Shown: positions 11,726-24,402 of the stretch, piece after piece | Numbering within the stretch: position 1 is the first letter of the stretch | Layout of the letters: every line of letters starts with the position of its first letter | Assembly (NCBI GenBank): GCA_012026655.1 | Contig: JAAILG010000909.1 | Coordinates: 1-64,000, forward strand | From: Hydrolagus affinis | Taxonomy: Eukaryota | Direction: 5' to 3' | DNA: 64,000 nucleotides | Notes under the pieces: model-generated | What the model was told of the DNA's origin: nothing | What the model saw: only the letters and a program-made list of their open reading frames with translations | Database searches by the model: none | Program-made: the position numbers and the translations under genes

Positions 11726-12468
11726 GTTGTGGTTAATAAAAGGGTCTTTGGAAAGATCCCAGCTAGTCTTGTAAAACAATCTTCATCACAAATAAATTTC
11801 ATTCTGTTTAGATATGGTGTTTACCGTAAAGTTGAATTCAGTAAAATGTTTGGAGTCAGGTTTCCTGATAAATAATATTCACCACAATAATGAATCACAT
11901 GTTGTGGTATTGTGAACAGAACAATAAGAACACATTGATATAGCACCCCTCACACAGGGTATGGTCCTAGAGCACTTGACAGTAAGACGCTGAGCTGGGG
12001 GAGGTGGGAGATGACCGTTAACATGGTCAAAGGGGAAGGTCTTCAGGCATGAAGGGGCAAGGCAGAGGGATAGAGGAAGAGTGTTTCAGAGTTTTGTGGT
12101 GTAGTGACTGAAACTGTGCCACCAAAGATGGAATATCGGGCACGAGGAATATGTAGGAGGCTGGAGCCAGTTGAGTGTAGACAGTGGGTAATGGGTTGGG
12201 GGGTAAGCAGCCCAGAGAGGTATGGAGGTGCCAGGACATGAAGAGGTTTGAAGACAAGTATGAGGATCTTGAAATCGAATTATAAACAATGAATGTAGCT
12301 TTTTTCCACAGATTTCTTGATACATGTGGAAACTCTTACTTAACAGTATCCGGACCACCACCACCAATAGCAACAAAAACAACAAAGTTACATTTGTGAG
12401 CTTGTGTGTGGGAAAGCCACTGTATCAATCGTAAGGATTATTATTATTAACATCAGTTTACAACATAC

Positions 12469-12610
12469 CTTTCAGTGCCACGGAATCACTTAGAATGCGG
12501 TTCAGGACATCCTGAGGAAGCTTTTGAAAGGCAGCATTGGTTGGAGCAAAGAGAGTATAATGTCCATCCTCGCTAAGTTCTTTCAGCACTCCAGAGGCAG
12601 TGGTAGCAGA
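12469..12610 (-). CDS. POSTN: Periostin exon 7 (FAS1-2; SATTASGVLKELSEDGHYTLFAPTNAAFQKLP...)
   Basis: H1 motif YTLFAPTN; cag/gtatg boundaries; 142 nt. Confidence 0.95.
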
Positions 12611-12805
12611 CTGAAATCAAACAAATCATGTTCATGTCATCTTTGAGAGAGAGATAAACTTCAGAACTACGAGCTCCTTATATTGTTAAACTGTGTGGTT
12701 TTATCAAATGTCATTCCTGTCATACATACCCAATATGAACTTTAGGGTCCTTAATGTGTTGACCAGTCAACCTGGACTTATGCTCTCTGGGCATCGACAA
12801 GTAAT

Positions 12806-12824
12806 TGTGTGTGTGTGTGTGTGT
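12806..12824 (+). repeat. (TG)n microsatellite; there is also a (TA)n at about 21347-21369
   Basis: Direct reading. Confidence 0.85.
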
Positions 12825-12919
12825 GCCTCATGCTCTGGAAGGTTTCCAGCTGAGCACATTTTCGTTTTGATCATTTCAGTGCCATTAACTGAGGAGTGTC
12901 TATTATGTAGCCCACTTAC

Positions 12920-13066
12920 TTTGAGAGTTAATAGCTCCTCGTCATTCTCAATGTAGTCCTCTATGGTGTAACCAACTGCTGCGATAACCCGGTCGATCAC
13001 GTGTACAACACCATTGGTAGCAATCTGGTTTGCAAGAATTATTCTTGCACAGTTGACTGTAACAAC
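12920..13066 (-). CDS. POSTN: Periostin exon 6 (VVTVNCARIILANQIATNGVVHVIDRVI...LLTLK)
   Basis: FAS1 H2 motif NGVVHVIDRVI; 147 nt; gtaag donor. Confidence 0.96.
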
Positions 13067-13308
13067 CTATCACAAGGGGAATTACGAAGTAAACATTGTA
13101 GAAGCTTTTAAGATCTGCAACCTCTCAACATTCATGTACTTTGAACACAAATACATAAACGCAAGGATGGTATAGTGAAAGTTGCCATACCAAATGCGAG
13201 GATAATGATTATTCTTAAAACAAAGAAACCATTTTGTCATGTCATTTAAAAAAAACCATTAAAATACTAGAACAAGTTTGAAAAATATATTAAAGGTCGC
13301 AAACATAC

Positions 13309-13473
13309 CCCATTTGAATAATGATTAATGAGGAGAGTCTGGTCATCGTGCATCGACTGCAGTCTTATTCCATTCTTCATATCCTTAGTCATCAAGCGTT
13401 TGTTAACCATATGGTAATGTAAGGCATTTAAGAGTTCAATATTCACATTGCTGAGCAGTGCATTGCGAACTTC
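13309..13473 (-). CDS. POSTN: Periostin exon 5 (EVRNALLSNVNIELLNALHYHMV...INHYSNG)
   Basis: Manual translation; tag/gtatg boundaries; 165 nt. Confidence 0.95.
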
Positions 13474-14188
13474 CTAATTGGAAATCAAAAGCAATTGGCA
13501 GTTATTTAACCAGTACAGTATTTAGTGCTGTTTAGAACAACATTCCTATTTAGACTCACACTATTTAAGTCTAGGAAATCACTTGACCAAGTTCACTTGG
13601 TGCCTTAAAATATCCCCATCTGTCTTGTAAAACAAAACTATTGTTGAACGAACATTGTACAAGTAATTTAAATAACCTAGAGACAATTAAAAATACAGGC
13701 ATATGATTTTGCATATGATTTTCTTTAAAAAAAAGATTTCTAAATTTCTCTTTCTGCTTTCATTTAATCTTGATTTCTTTTTGCTCCCTGGCTAGTTCTC
13801 TAACTACCCTTCTCTGAGGGGAGTGAGAGAACAAACCATGGAGCAAATGTATCACAACTAGATCTGAGGTGAGGGCTGATTGATCTGAAGTCTTGATCTT
13901 TTCATACAGATTCAGATCTGCAGACTGTCATAATGGAATCATGTTTATTTTGTGGAGGAAAGCTCCCTGAAATCTAACATGTACACCACATCTTAGGCAT
14001 GGGTGTGGTGTTCCACTTCAAAGAACACATCTCCACAAAGCTTTCTCAAAGCTACTGATTGTTCTCATCATCTGGATAGGTGATAGCTGCATTGTTGTTC
14101 ACCGTGAAATGATCTTTTTGTCTAAAACAACCTGATTCAACTGGCACAGAGGGCCGGTTGCCTCATGTGTGATTCACAAATAACTTAC

Positions 14189-14346
14189 GGAATCTAAGAG
14201 CGTCCAGGCTTCATTACTTGGTGCAAAGAAAGTATATGATCCAATTCCTTCAATCTCTCGTCTTAGATTAGATCTGTCCGAATATTCCTGTGTACTTTTG
14301 GCGCCCACAATACCCAAAGTACTGTAGACATGATCAATAGGGGCAA
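14189..14346 (-). CDS. POSTN: Periostin exon 4 (FAS1-1; APIDHVYSTLGIVGA...SYTFFAPSNEAW)
   Basis: FAS1 H1 motif YTFFAPSNEAW, AG/GT boundaries, 158 nt. Confidence 0.96.
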
Positions 14347-15424
14347 CTGAAGAAAAAAACAAAGATACAAAGGGAAGATTTGGTTTAATGACAGCAATTA
14401 GGACACCTAATAATAATCCTTACATTTGATTTAGTGCAATATCATGTCTTAAAGAGTGTAAATAATAATAATCCTTGCATTTGATATAGCGCTTTTCACG
14501 TCTTCTAGACGTTTCAAAGTGCTGCACAGAATATACTGTAAAGTGGAGTGACTGTATATTTGTGGACATAAGTGGAAGCCAGTTGCATATAACAATGTCC
14601 CACAACCAGCCATAGAGTAAGTGATAAATTTTATTTGGTGTTTTCTATCAAAATGAATGATAATAATAAATAAATTATTTTTGCATTTGATATAGCACTG
14701 TATCAAATTGTTTAAATATGTATCTCAAAATGCTATATAGGATTTACTGAAAGTAAAGGTTGCCAGTCAATTTGCCTACAGCAATGTCCTTATACAGCCA
14801 TGGACTGAAAATTATAATTATCAACACTGTAGTTCTGTGAGGTGAGAAGGTGACTATAGCACATGTACAGTATTTTGGTTACCCACACATTGCATGTTAG
14901 CACAAGTATCTCATTTGAAGGTTCATTCAAAGAAATTCCTTGTGCCAATTTCTAATCTGTGCAGTGCAGTCAAGCTAAAAGAAATAAAATAAAGTGAGAC
15001 ATGATCTTCTTTCAGGAATTTCAGTACAAATACAAAGGACATCCTGTTATAATTTAGCTCGCTTTGAGTGCCACCCGATTTCCCAGGTTTAAGTTTTACA
15101 ATTCCATGAAATACTCAATTCTAGCACAATAATAATGTCCACTCATGGTATTATGAATAAGTTGAGAACATTGCTAAACGCGTTACCCCAAAAATGATCC
15201 ATTTATGAATGCTTTATGGAGGCTGGATTTGAGAATGTGTTCTAGGAGTAAGTTTTCTTGAAAGCAATTAGGTGTATGGTGTGACTGTTCAGGCAGGTGT
15301 GAAAAGAGCTCATGGAACTATTCGAAAAGAAAACGGCTGATATCCTGGGCTAAGGATAGGCTAAGCATCTAGATTTCATAAGACATTGTTTGTGTCTTCA
15401 GTCACTATGCCCCGAGGCTCTGGA

Positions 15425-15481
15425 ACTCCCTTCCTCACTCCCTTCCTCACTCCCTTCCTCACTCCCTTCCTCACTCCCTTC
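15425..15481 (+). repeat. 12-bp tandem repeat (ACTCCCTTCCTC) x4.75 inside an L2 3' fragment
   Basis: Direct reading; gives the PSSL repeat in ORF 15390-15608. Confidence 0.9.
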
Positions 15482-16203
15482 GCCTCGCCCCCTCTCTTCC
15501 CAGTTGCAGGTCTCAACTAAACACCTTTCTCTTCGACTGCGCCATTTGTCACCTTTCTACCCCTACCCTTGGCTCGGTCCCGGGATCCGTTGTTGTGAAG
15601 CGCTCTGAGACACCGTCTGGTGTGGAGGGCGCTATATAAATTAAAGTTGTTGTTGTTGTTTCCCTGAGAGCATGTCTTGCGTTGTCCACAAAAGTCTCAC
15701 TTAAAACCAGAGGTGGGGGTAAAGCCTCACCTCTGAGGGTAAAAAATTTACAAAATAGGAAAAGAACATTGATGACCCAAAGTCTTTCAAATCACTCCAG
15801 ATTACTAAGTGCTTTAACATGTCTAAAAGACGTGAAAAGAGCTATTATCAAATGCAAGGATTATTATTAATAATATTATTAGCAGTATTTTTTAAAAGGT
15901 ACGTCCTTTTGACATGAAAGGCGCCATACAAATGTAATTTTATTCTTGTTGTTGTAAATTGATGGAATATTTTGGTTACCAGTCCATTTCTTCTAAGAAG
16001 CAAATTTCACATAGAACTGACATGTGGCTGATGGAAAGTTAGTAACATAAGGAAACAGTATAACAATACAGTACACTAATAACAAAAACTCAGTTTATTT
16101 CAGTGGAAAGTTTATGAATGCAATATTCAGATTGTTTAAATATAGGACAATGGCCGTTAAGTTTAGCTACAATCATTAAACGTTTCAAAATCAAATAAAT
16201 TAC

Positions 16204-16268
16204 CTGCTGGGCATCCCCGTGTTCCTTCGAGGCTCATATAACCCGGGCAGCATTCATACAGGACCATT
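16204..16268 (-). CDS. POSTN: Periostin exon 3 (EMI; MVLYECCPGYMSLEGTRGCPA)
   Basis: YECCPGY motif, cag/gtaa boundaries, 65 nt, phase consistent. Confidence 0.96.
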
Positions 16269-18386
16269 CTGCAGCAAAGAGGGTCACATAGAAATGAGCA
16301 CATAGAAAATACATTACATGCCGTTCAATTCAGCAACAGAGGTAACAAGATTAATCAAGTAACATGAAAGCAGATACTGTACTTTCTATATAGTGTACTG
16401 GAGGAGCTCTGCGTTGTGCTATCCTTCAGGTGAGACTCAAAATTGAGATGTCGTCTGCCTGTTCAGTTGGACATTTCAAGACCCCGTGTTATGCTATGTT
16501 CAAAGAATGAAAGGAGATTCGTCCAATGTTCAGGCCAATACTTCTCCCCCAGATAAGATTGGTCGTTCACTCCATGGCTATTTGTGGTATGTTGCCGTGC
16601 CCAAATTGGCTACCGTATTTGCTTAAAAATACAGTCAATCTTAGAACTGGTGTTAGCGTGCAATGGAGTAGTGAAACGTTTCATTCTTCTGTGAGAGTTA
16701 TAGCCATGACTATCTTATATCTAAACACCGATTCTCCTACTTGTGGAAAAAGCATCTTCCCATTCACACTGGCAAACCATCTGATAATGTTGTTACCTCT
16801 ATCAGGTCCTCTCTCAACCTCTCTGCTCCAATGAAAATAGAGCCAACTTCAACAATCTTTTCCCATAACTAAATCCCTCATCTCTGGTATCATTCATGTA
16901 AATCTCCTCTGCACTTCTTCCTAAGTCTTTAAAATCCTTGCTGAAATGAGTTCTCAAAACTGAATGCAGTACTCCCACTGTATCCTAATCAATGATTTGA
17001 TATGAATACAGTAATAATCCTAGCATTTGATCTAATAATAATCTTGCATTTGATATAGCGCCATGTCGCTTTGGGATGTCACTCCGACATGGAAGGCGCT
17101 ATACAAATATAATTTTGTTGTTATTTGTTGTTGTTATCACATCCTGGAGACGTCTCAAAACGGTACACAAAATATACTGTAAAGTGAATTGGCTGTATAT
17201 GTTGTGGGTGAAACATGACAACCAATTACATACAGTGTATCCCACAAACAGTCGAAGAGTGAGTTACCAATTTTTTTTTGCGCGGGGTGAGGGATTATTT
17301 CCCCCAGAAAGTGATTCACCACGCAACTAACCAACCAGATTCCTACTTATCACTAGGTAACCAGATGTGTGTGGGGTAAGGAAACTTGCCAGAAATCGAA
17401 CCAAGGGTGTCTCACTTGCGAGGTGAGTGTTCTAACCAATATGCTCTGAGAGTCCAGAATGCTACAGGATTTGTACAGAGTTATCATTTTGCTTTACTTT
17501 TCTACTCTATCCACCTATGTACAAAACCCAGTACTGTTGGCAATTTTTCTTCACAGAACCTTTCCTCTTGACATGCCATTTTCATGAATTTACATACCTG
17601 CACTCCCAAGTTCCTTTACTCCACTGTTGCAGACCAACAGTATATATTCAGTATATACCCGCTTCCCTCTTTTTCTGCTAAAATGAATCAACTCACATTT
17701 TGTTCATTAAACTTTATCTGTCACTGATCTGACCATTGAATTAATCTATTTACGTCCTACTGCAGTCTCTTGCCCCCCTCCTCACTATTCACCAAACCTC
17801 CTACTTTGGTATCATCCACAAATCTGATACTATAGCGTTTCCTTCATCTGTACTTTCAGTTACTATCCCAAATAACTCAATTAAACTGGTCAAACATGAT
17901 ATGCTCTTTACAAAACCATCCCTGATAAATTCATGCCCATTAAGTAATCACTGAATGGGTCCGTGATTATTGCCTTCAAAGTTTGCTCATAACTTGCATC
18001 AGGCTAACCAGCCTATAGTTCCCACGGTATCCTGCTTGACCAGTGGCACCACCTCTGGCACTATACAATCCTTTGGCACCCTGCCAGTCTCCAAGGATGT
18101 TTGAAAAATCACCAAGAGTTGCCATCATAGTGATTGTATTGATGTGATTATTGATACTGCTTAATAGTGTCTAAAAGACCATAAACAAATTTGCATGTCA
18201 AAACCACTTACTGTATTTTACATGAAGTTTTCAACATCAGGATTACATTTTGAATACCTGCAGAACTCCATCACTATGCTTAATATTGTTGAAACCTGTC
18301 TAAGAGTTTCACATATAATAATAATGATAATCCTTGCATTTGATATAGCACTTTTTACATCTTATCGATGTCTCGTAAGTATATTT

Positions 18387-18939
18387 AAGTGGACCCCGCT
18401 TAACGACCGCTCAATCAATGAAGATTCACTATAACAAAGGTTTATATTTGTACCACCTATCCGCTTAGTGAAGCTTGCATTCGTTATAACGAATGTTTAA
18501 ATCTCGCGCGCTTCTCGTCTCTCCTGACTGCCTTCACAATACACGCTCAGGACTTCGCTAGTACAGGTTGAGCGTTCTGAATCCGGCAACCTCGGGACCG
18601 AGGCTGAGCCAGTTTTCTTGTTTTTCCGGACTTCGGAATGTGTTTCTGATGTCCGAAGTCTGGAAAAGCCCGAGCCCAGGTTCGGGTATTTCCGGACTTC
18701 GGAACAGCAGATACGTGTCCTGAGTCTGGAAATGCCTGGGCCCAGGTTGCGATATTTGGATGTCACCTTGTAGTTCTTCTCATCGCAACATTGTACATCA
18801 AAAATTTTAACCGCTATGAACTAAACTGATTTTTTCCCATACAGAAATACAGTAGCGGGCTACCACTCGCTTAACAAAATTTTCGCTTTACGAAGGGTTT
18901 TAAAGTCCCTAACCCCTTCGTTAAGCGGGGGTCTACCTG
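18387..18939. mobile_element. Non-autonomous Tc1/mariner (pogo/Tigger-like) DNA transposon with a nested insert
   Basis: TIRs aagtggaccccgcttaacga / tcgttaagcgggggtctacctg followed by TA; CpG-rich. Confidence 0.7.
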
Positions 18940-19477
18940 TATATTGTATGTATGTCACCTACATGTGATTATATTTGTCTGTGTCTGGAATGCAATGTGC
19001 ACTCTCTCCCTGGAGGGATCACTAATTCTCATTGGTAATAGCCATTTAGACTGTTGTCTACAAAGTCTCCTGCTGCTTATCAGCTAGGACCAGCCCAACC
19101 AGTTGGGGCTTTAACAGGAGTTGAAGTTTAACAGGAGTTGAGTGGGGAAAAAAAATCCTGCTACAGAAGTATGGTACACCTGGCTTCCAGGGTTGATTAA
19201 TGTTTTCCTGTGCTAAAGAAAGGGATATTCAGGTCATTCATTCTTTGCTGGCAATGTTTCCCGTGCATGGGTGCTTATTTTATTGGTGAGTGAGGTTAGA
19301 CCAGTTCAATCGATTTAGACCGAAACATTCCACTTTGGGAAAAAGGGGTATACTGCTACTAATAATAACAACAACAACAAAATTACACTTGTATAGTGCC
19401 TTTCACATCAGGAGGACGTCCCTAGGTGCTGTAATAATCATCAGAATCACAATCAGAATCACAATCAGAATCAGAAT

Positions 19478-19680
19478 CATCCTTGCATTTGATATAGTGC
19501 TTTTCAAATCTTCTAGACGTCTCAAAGCGCTTTACAGAGTATACTGTAAAGTGAATATACTGTATATATGTGTGGGCAAAACGCAGCAGCCAATTGCGCA
19601 CAGCAGTGCCCCACAAACCGTTGTGGATTGAAATGAACGATTTATTATTGGTTTTTTTTGGAGGGATTATTTTTTAGGGA
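19478..19680 (-). mobile_element. Same SINE family, 5'-truncated. Other partial copies lie near 14460-14610, 17030-17455, 21990-22130, 23513-23678, 26363-26570, 37925-38040, 38143-38310 and 48740-48910
   Basis: Shared tail and core sequence. Confidence 0.75.
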
Positions 19681-20175
19681 TTGTGTTTAGGTGTTATGTC
19701 CCCATTAATCCCCACATCTTTCTAGGCCCTAAATTGTCAAAGGACTTGAACCATGTCTTCACAACCACCTGAGCGAGTCAAGCGATTGGGTCTCCTCTCA
19801 GGCAGGGCAAGCCCAGCCTAATCTAAGTGCTCAAAGTGACTCAGAGTTCGGGTATTCTCTGCTTCTTCTTTGTGAGAGCAGATCAAACTGAGATCAGAAT
19901 TGCTGCAATACCAATCACGACCAACATAGGGCTGAAAGCACAGTTGCAAATGGGAACTCAACCTTTCTTACAATGTGCCAGTTATGAGTGAGTTTTAGTT
20001 CAGAAATCATGCTCTGAACTTTCACAGAAATAGTTCCAGAAGTAACTGTCTAAGAACAGAGACTAGGCTTGATTTTAGCTGACATTCAGGAAGTGCCTTT
20101 GACACCACTTTATGAAGAAAGCTCTGAAACATTGGACCCATACAGGTCCTTTCCCCTTCTCCTGTATTCACCCCT

Positions 20176-20497
20176 TCTCCTGTAGCTCAGTGGTTAGAGC
20201 ACTCGCCTTACAAGCGTGAGACCTGTGTTCGAATCCAGGCAGACTGTCAAGGCGAAACCTTGGCAAGTTTCCTTACTCCACATGCCTAATAATAATCCGT
20301 CCAAAAACAACACAATAATAAAAATTGGTCATTTCAATCCATGACTGTTTGTGGGACACTGCTGTGTGCAATTGACTGCCATGTTTCGCTTATATACAGT
20401 AAATTCACTTTACAATATATTTTGTGAAGCGCTTTGAGACGTTAATAAGATGTGAAAAGCGTATATCAAATGCAAGGATTATTATAATTATATTATT
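20176..20497 (+). mobile_element. Full-length tRNA-derived SINE (Deu-like 3' core, L2-like tail, (ATT)n)
   Basis: A box TAGCTCAGTGG, B box GTTCGAATCC, core tgtgggacactgctgtg...aattggctgcc, tail gtgaagcgctttgagac...aaatgcaaggattatt; many copies in the window. Confidence 0.85.
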
Positions 20498-23412
20498 CTC
20501 TTAGATGAGGAAACACTTGTACATCTGCACAACAAGTTACATCTGTTGCATTCAGTGGGCGAGAGTTAAACATTGTGGTTTGTAGAATCAGATTAACATC
20601 TTGGAAATGTGTTGATTACCTTGGAAACTTGGGGATAGATTTCATAACATTTGTTTCAGAGGTTTTGCTGTGGTTGGTTGGCTTCCACAGGAACAATTTA
20701 TTAAGGTTTGATCAGATGCCATGGCAGGGCAAATTGTGCATCTAATATGGAAGGAACTGGTTTAAATCAACTGAATGGCAACGTCTTGTTCTATGTATTA
20801 TGGACCTAATGTCGGAAAGGTGAGCTGTTCAGAGTTTCTGGCTTGCAAACCATCATTTAATAGGAATGGCTCCACTTTGAAACTTGACAAACAAGCCAGG
20901 TTTTCTTTAATAAGGATTATAAAAATATACTTTGGAATCGCTTTAAAGTGCATCAAGAAAAAATAGCCGCTGATCAGATTGGACACCTCGTAAAGCTAGA
21001 AATATTGTGGCTGGTGCTTTAAATTTGCATGCTATCAGTGCACTATAGGAATGCCAGGTATCCGCTCAAACTCATCAAAGAGTGGGACACTGAGATTGGA
21101 AACTCCCACAGTGGGGAATCACTGTTATGCCTTGACGATTCATACCACCAAGGCATTGTTTTGATTTGATTCAGGTTTATAACTTGTCAATTGGATTAAC
21201 CAAGTGAATTACAGATACTGTACCCCCTTATTGGATGATTCGTATCCAATATAAAGCATAACAAAAATCCCTATTATCCTTTTCATCGGTTGATGGATAC
21301 CTAATTAAGGGTACCTGAAAATACCTTTTTATTCATGGTTTTATACATATATATATATATATATATATACATACACACAAATAGCGCTCTGAGATGCCGT
21401 ACGGCATGGAGGGCGCTATATAAATCCAAGTTGTTGTTGTTTTATGCAGACATGAAATGCAAAAAATATATATCATCACATAACTAAGGACACTTGCTTC
21501 AAATGGTTAAACCAACCCGCAAATTAGACTTCCTGTAGCACAACTTGCATTATTGCACATCAACAACTTGCATTCATACTGTACCCACCCTCCCGGTGGC
21601 TATCTAAACACAAACCGTTTGCATTTATATAGAGCCCTTTATAGTGACATTGCACTTACTTTTGTAAAAAGAAATCCAAAGCTGGTATCACATGGAAATG
21701 AATGAGAGATTAATAAAGTCACAAATACGGTTCTGTTTATGCATAAATGATTGACATTGTTCTCAACCCCATGCAAATGCTTGTAATCTCAGCTGTGAAA
21801 TCCTCTCTTTCATTCTTAATCATTGTTGGAAATATTTAATAGAATTCCACCCTTTGATAGTTTGTTTCAGCTCATTTTTAATAACATGTCACATTCCATT
21901 CCCCTCCCTTATCCATCAGTCAACCAGGAAAAGAAACGTAAGTGACATAATGGCCAACAATTGTGGGTCACTGTAACTTGAAATTTTATAATAATAATCC
22001 TTGCATTTGCCCCTTATCACATCTTCTAGATGTCTCAAAACACTTCACAGAATATACTGTAAACTGAATCGACTGCATGTTTTGTGGGCATAACGTGGCA
22101 TCCAAGCGCACACAGCAGTGTCCCACAAATGGTTTTATTCTTCAATAATCTTTATGTTTGTTACTTTGCGTATAATACATATATACAAAATGTAGGATTG
22201 TAGCAAAGTGTAGTGACTGTATAATTGTAGGTAAACGCGGCAGCTATTTCTTGCACAAGCAACATCCCACAAACAGCCCATGACCAATATATTTAGAGGA
22301 TGGCTGGCTGCAACATGAGGTGAAGCTCTTTTCTCATTTCCAGTAATGTCCTGTGATCTTTAACTGTCCAACTAAACAGGTTTACATGTCATCCGAAGAA
22401 AATTAGTTCAGGGGCTCCTAATGTTTTGATCTTGAGACAAGAGTGCTACTATTGTTGTTAGCTGTGAATCACAGGCATTCTCCACCTGTTTAGCGTGTTG
22501 CTATACAAATGCTCTTTCAAAGAAATCAAATGCTGGCAGGCCGAGTTCCTTTTATTTGTTAATATATATCGATGGTGCCCCAGGGAAGTCTGAGGTTTCA
22601 GTCTTTGTTGGGGAACATAATTAAAATGTAATCCTGCTGCCAAACCCTCTGATCAGAGCAAATCTCTGAATGAATTTTCATTGAATTGCTCACAGCATCT
22701 GAACCTATGATCAATTTGTCTTTCTCCATGGGTGTGCTAACATTCACTGGGTCAATTGATAGATGTGTGGCAGACTTGTGCACTGGGATGAATACTTTGT
22801 TGAACCCACCAAGCTGGGATTTAGAATAATAATCTTTACAGTGTAAAACACACTGAGATGTTGTTCTACATAAGGATGCTATTTAGTAACAATAATCCTT
22901 GCATTATCATGTCATCTAGATATCTCAAAGCGCTTCACAGCATATACTGTAAAGTGGATTGACTATGTGTTTTGTGGGAGGAAGGCAATGCAAGTTGTTT
23001 TGTTTTATATAGAGCCTTATCGAAAAATCTCAAAACACTTTACAGGTTTTACTGTAAAGTGTAATGACTGTGTTTTGTAGACAAATGTGGCAGACAATTT
23101 GCACGCAGCAACAACAACAACAACAAAATTACATTTCATTCGGGAGGACGTCCCAAGGCATTCCACGAACAGCCATGAAGTAACTAACCAGTTTATTGTG
23201 GGGATTTTGTACCAGGACACAAGGAGAAACTTCCTTCTCTTTCCAAATAGTATCATGGAATCTTGAACAGGCAGATGAGGCCTTGATTTAAAATCTCAAC
23301 CAAAGGATTGTACCTCTGACAATACAGCACTCCTCCATCATTGCAATGGACTGTCAGACATTCTATAAACTCAAAGTCTCAACAAGGTGTTTGGCTCCAC
23401 AACCTTCTGACT

Positions 23413-23512
23413 NNNNNNNNNNNNNNNNNNNNNNNNNNNNNNNNNNNNNNNNNNNNNNNNNNNNNNNNNNNNNNNNNNNNNNNNNNNNNNNNNNNNNNNN
23501 NNNNNNNNNNNN
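23413..23512. other. Assembly gap (100 N) in POSTN intron 2
   Basis: Exactly 100 Ns, a typical placeholder for a gap of unknown size. Confidence 0.98.
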
Positions 23513-23949
23513 TTTTATTATTGTGTTTTTTTTTGGAGGGATTATTATTAGGCGTGTGGAGTAAGGAAACTTGCCCAAGGTTTCGCCCTGACCTGCCTGG
23601 ATTCGAACACAGGTCTCCCCAGCTTGGTCTCCCCAGCTTGCAAGACAAGTGCTCTAACCACTGAGCCACAGGAGCTCCACGAAGAGGTGAGAGTGCCACC
23701 AAATGAGTCAGACTAATAGCTAGGCTGATGTAGTTCATACCTCTCCAATGCCAACTGAATCCTGATAGAAATGTTTGCACAATTTGGGAAAAAAAAAGAA
23801 CCTTGCAAAAGTGCATCCAAAAAATAACTTAGCACATTAAATCAATTACCTGCAAGTACTGAATTATAGGTAAACAAAACACAATTTGCACCAGCAAGGT
23901 TCCGCAGATAATCCCCACAAGGATTATTAATATAATTATTATTATATAG

Positions 23950-24402
23950 TGAGTTATGACAATAGGTTGATTAATTTGGGCCTATATTCTCTGGAATATA
24001 GAAGAATTAGAGGGGATCTTACAGAAACCAATAAGATTATTAAGGGGCAAGACAAAATAGATAGTGGGAGACTGTTTCCCCTAGTTGAAGAAACTAAAAC
24101 CAGGGGTCAGTCTTAAAGTTAGGGGTCAGTCCTTTCATACTGAGTTGAGAAAACACTTTGTCACTCAGAGGGTGGTGAATATATGGAATTCTTTACCCCA
24201 AAGGGCTATTGATGTTCAGTCGTTGAACATATTCAAAACTGAGTTAGATAGATTTCTCATTTATAAAGGGATTAAGGGGTATGGGGATAAGGTAGGTAGC
24301 TGTAGTTAGAGTAGAATATCAGCCATAAGTGAATGGCGAGGCAGGCTCGATGGGTTGAATGGCCTACTCCTGCTCCTATTTCTTTTGTTCTTATGTTCTA
24401 TG
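23950..24402 (+). mobile_element. CR1 LINE 3' end
   Basis: Decayed ORF2 end (RGDL...FVTQRVVNIWNSLP...FKTELDRFL) plus 3' UTR gaatggcctactcctgctcctatttc..(ttatgttc). Confidence 0.85.

Noticed and set aside
18623-18754. Repeat-spacer-like pattern resembling a mini CRISPR array
   Set aside because: Only two units whose 'spacers' are themselves similar, in a vertebrate transposon context with no cas genes.
20176-20250. tRNA-like sequences with A and B boxes (also 33557, 39296 and others)
   Set aside because: They continue directly into the SINE body and tail and lack a proper acceptor stem; these are SINE heads, not tRNA genes.
23341-23816. ORFs of 71-145 aa spanning the N run
   Set aside because: Artefacts of the assembly gap and flanking SINE sequence.
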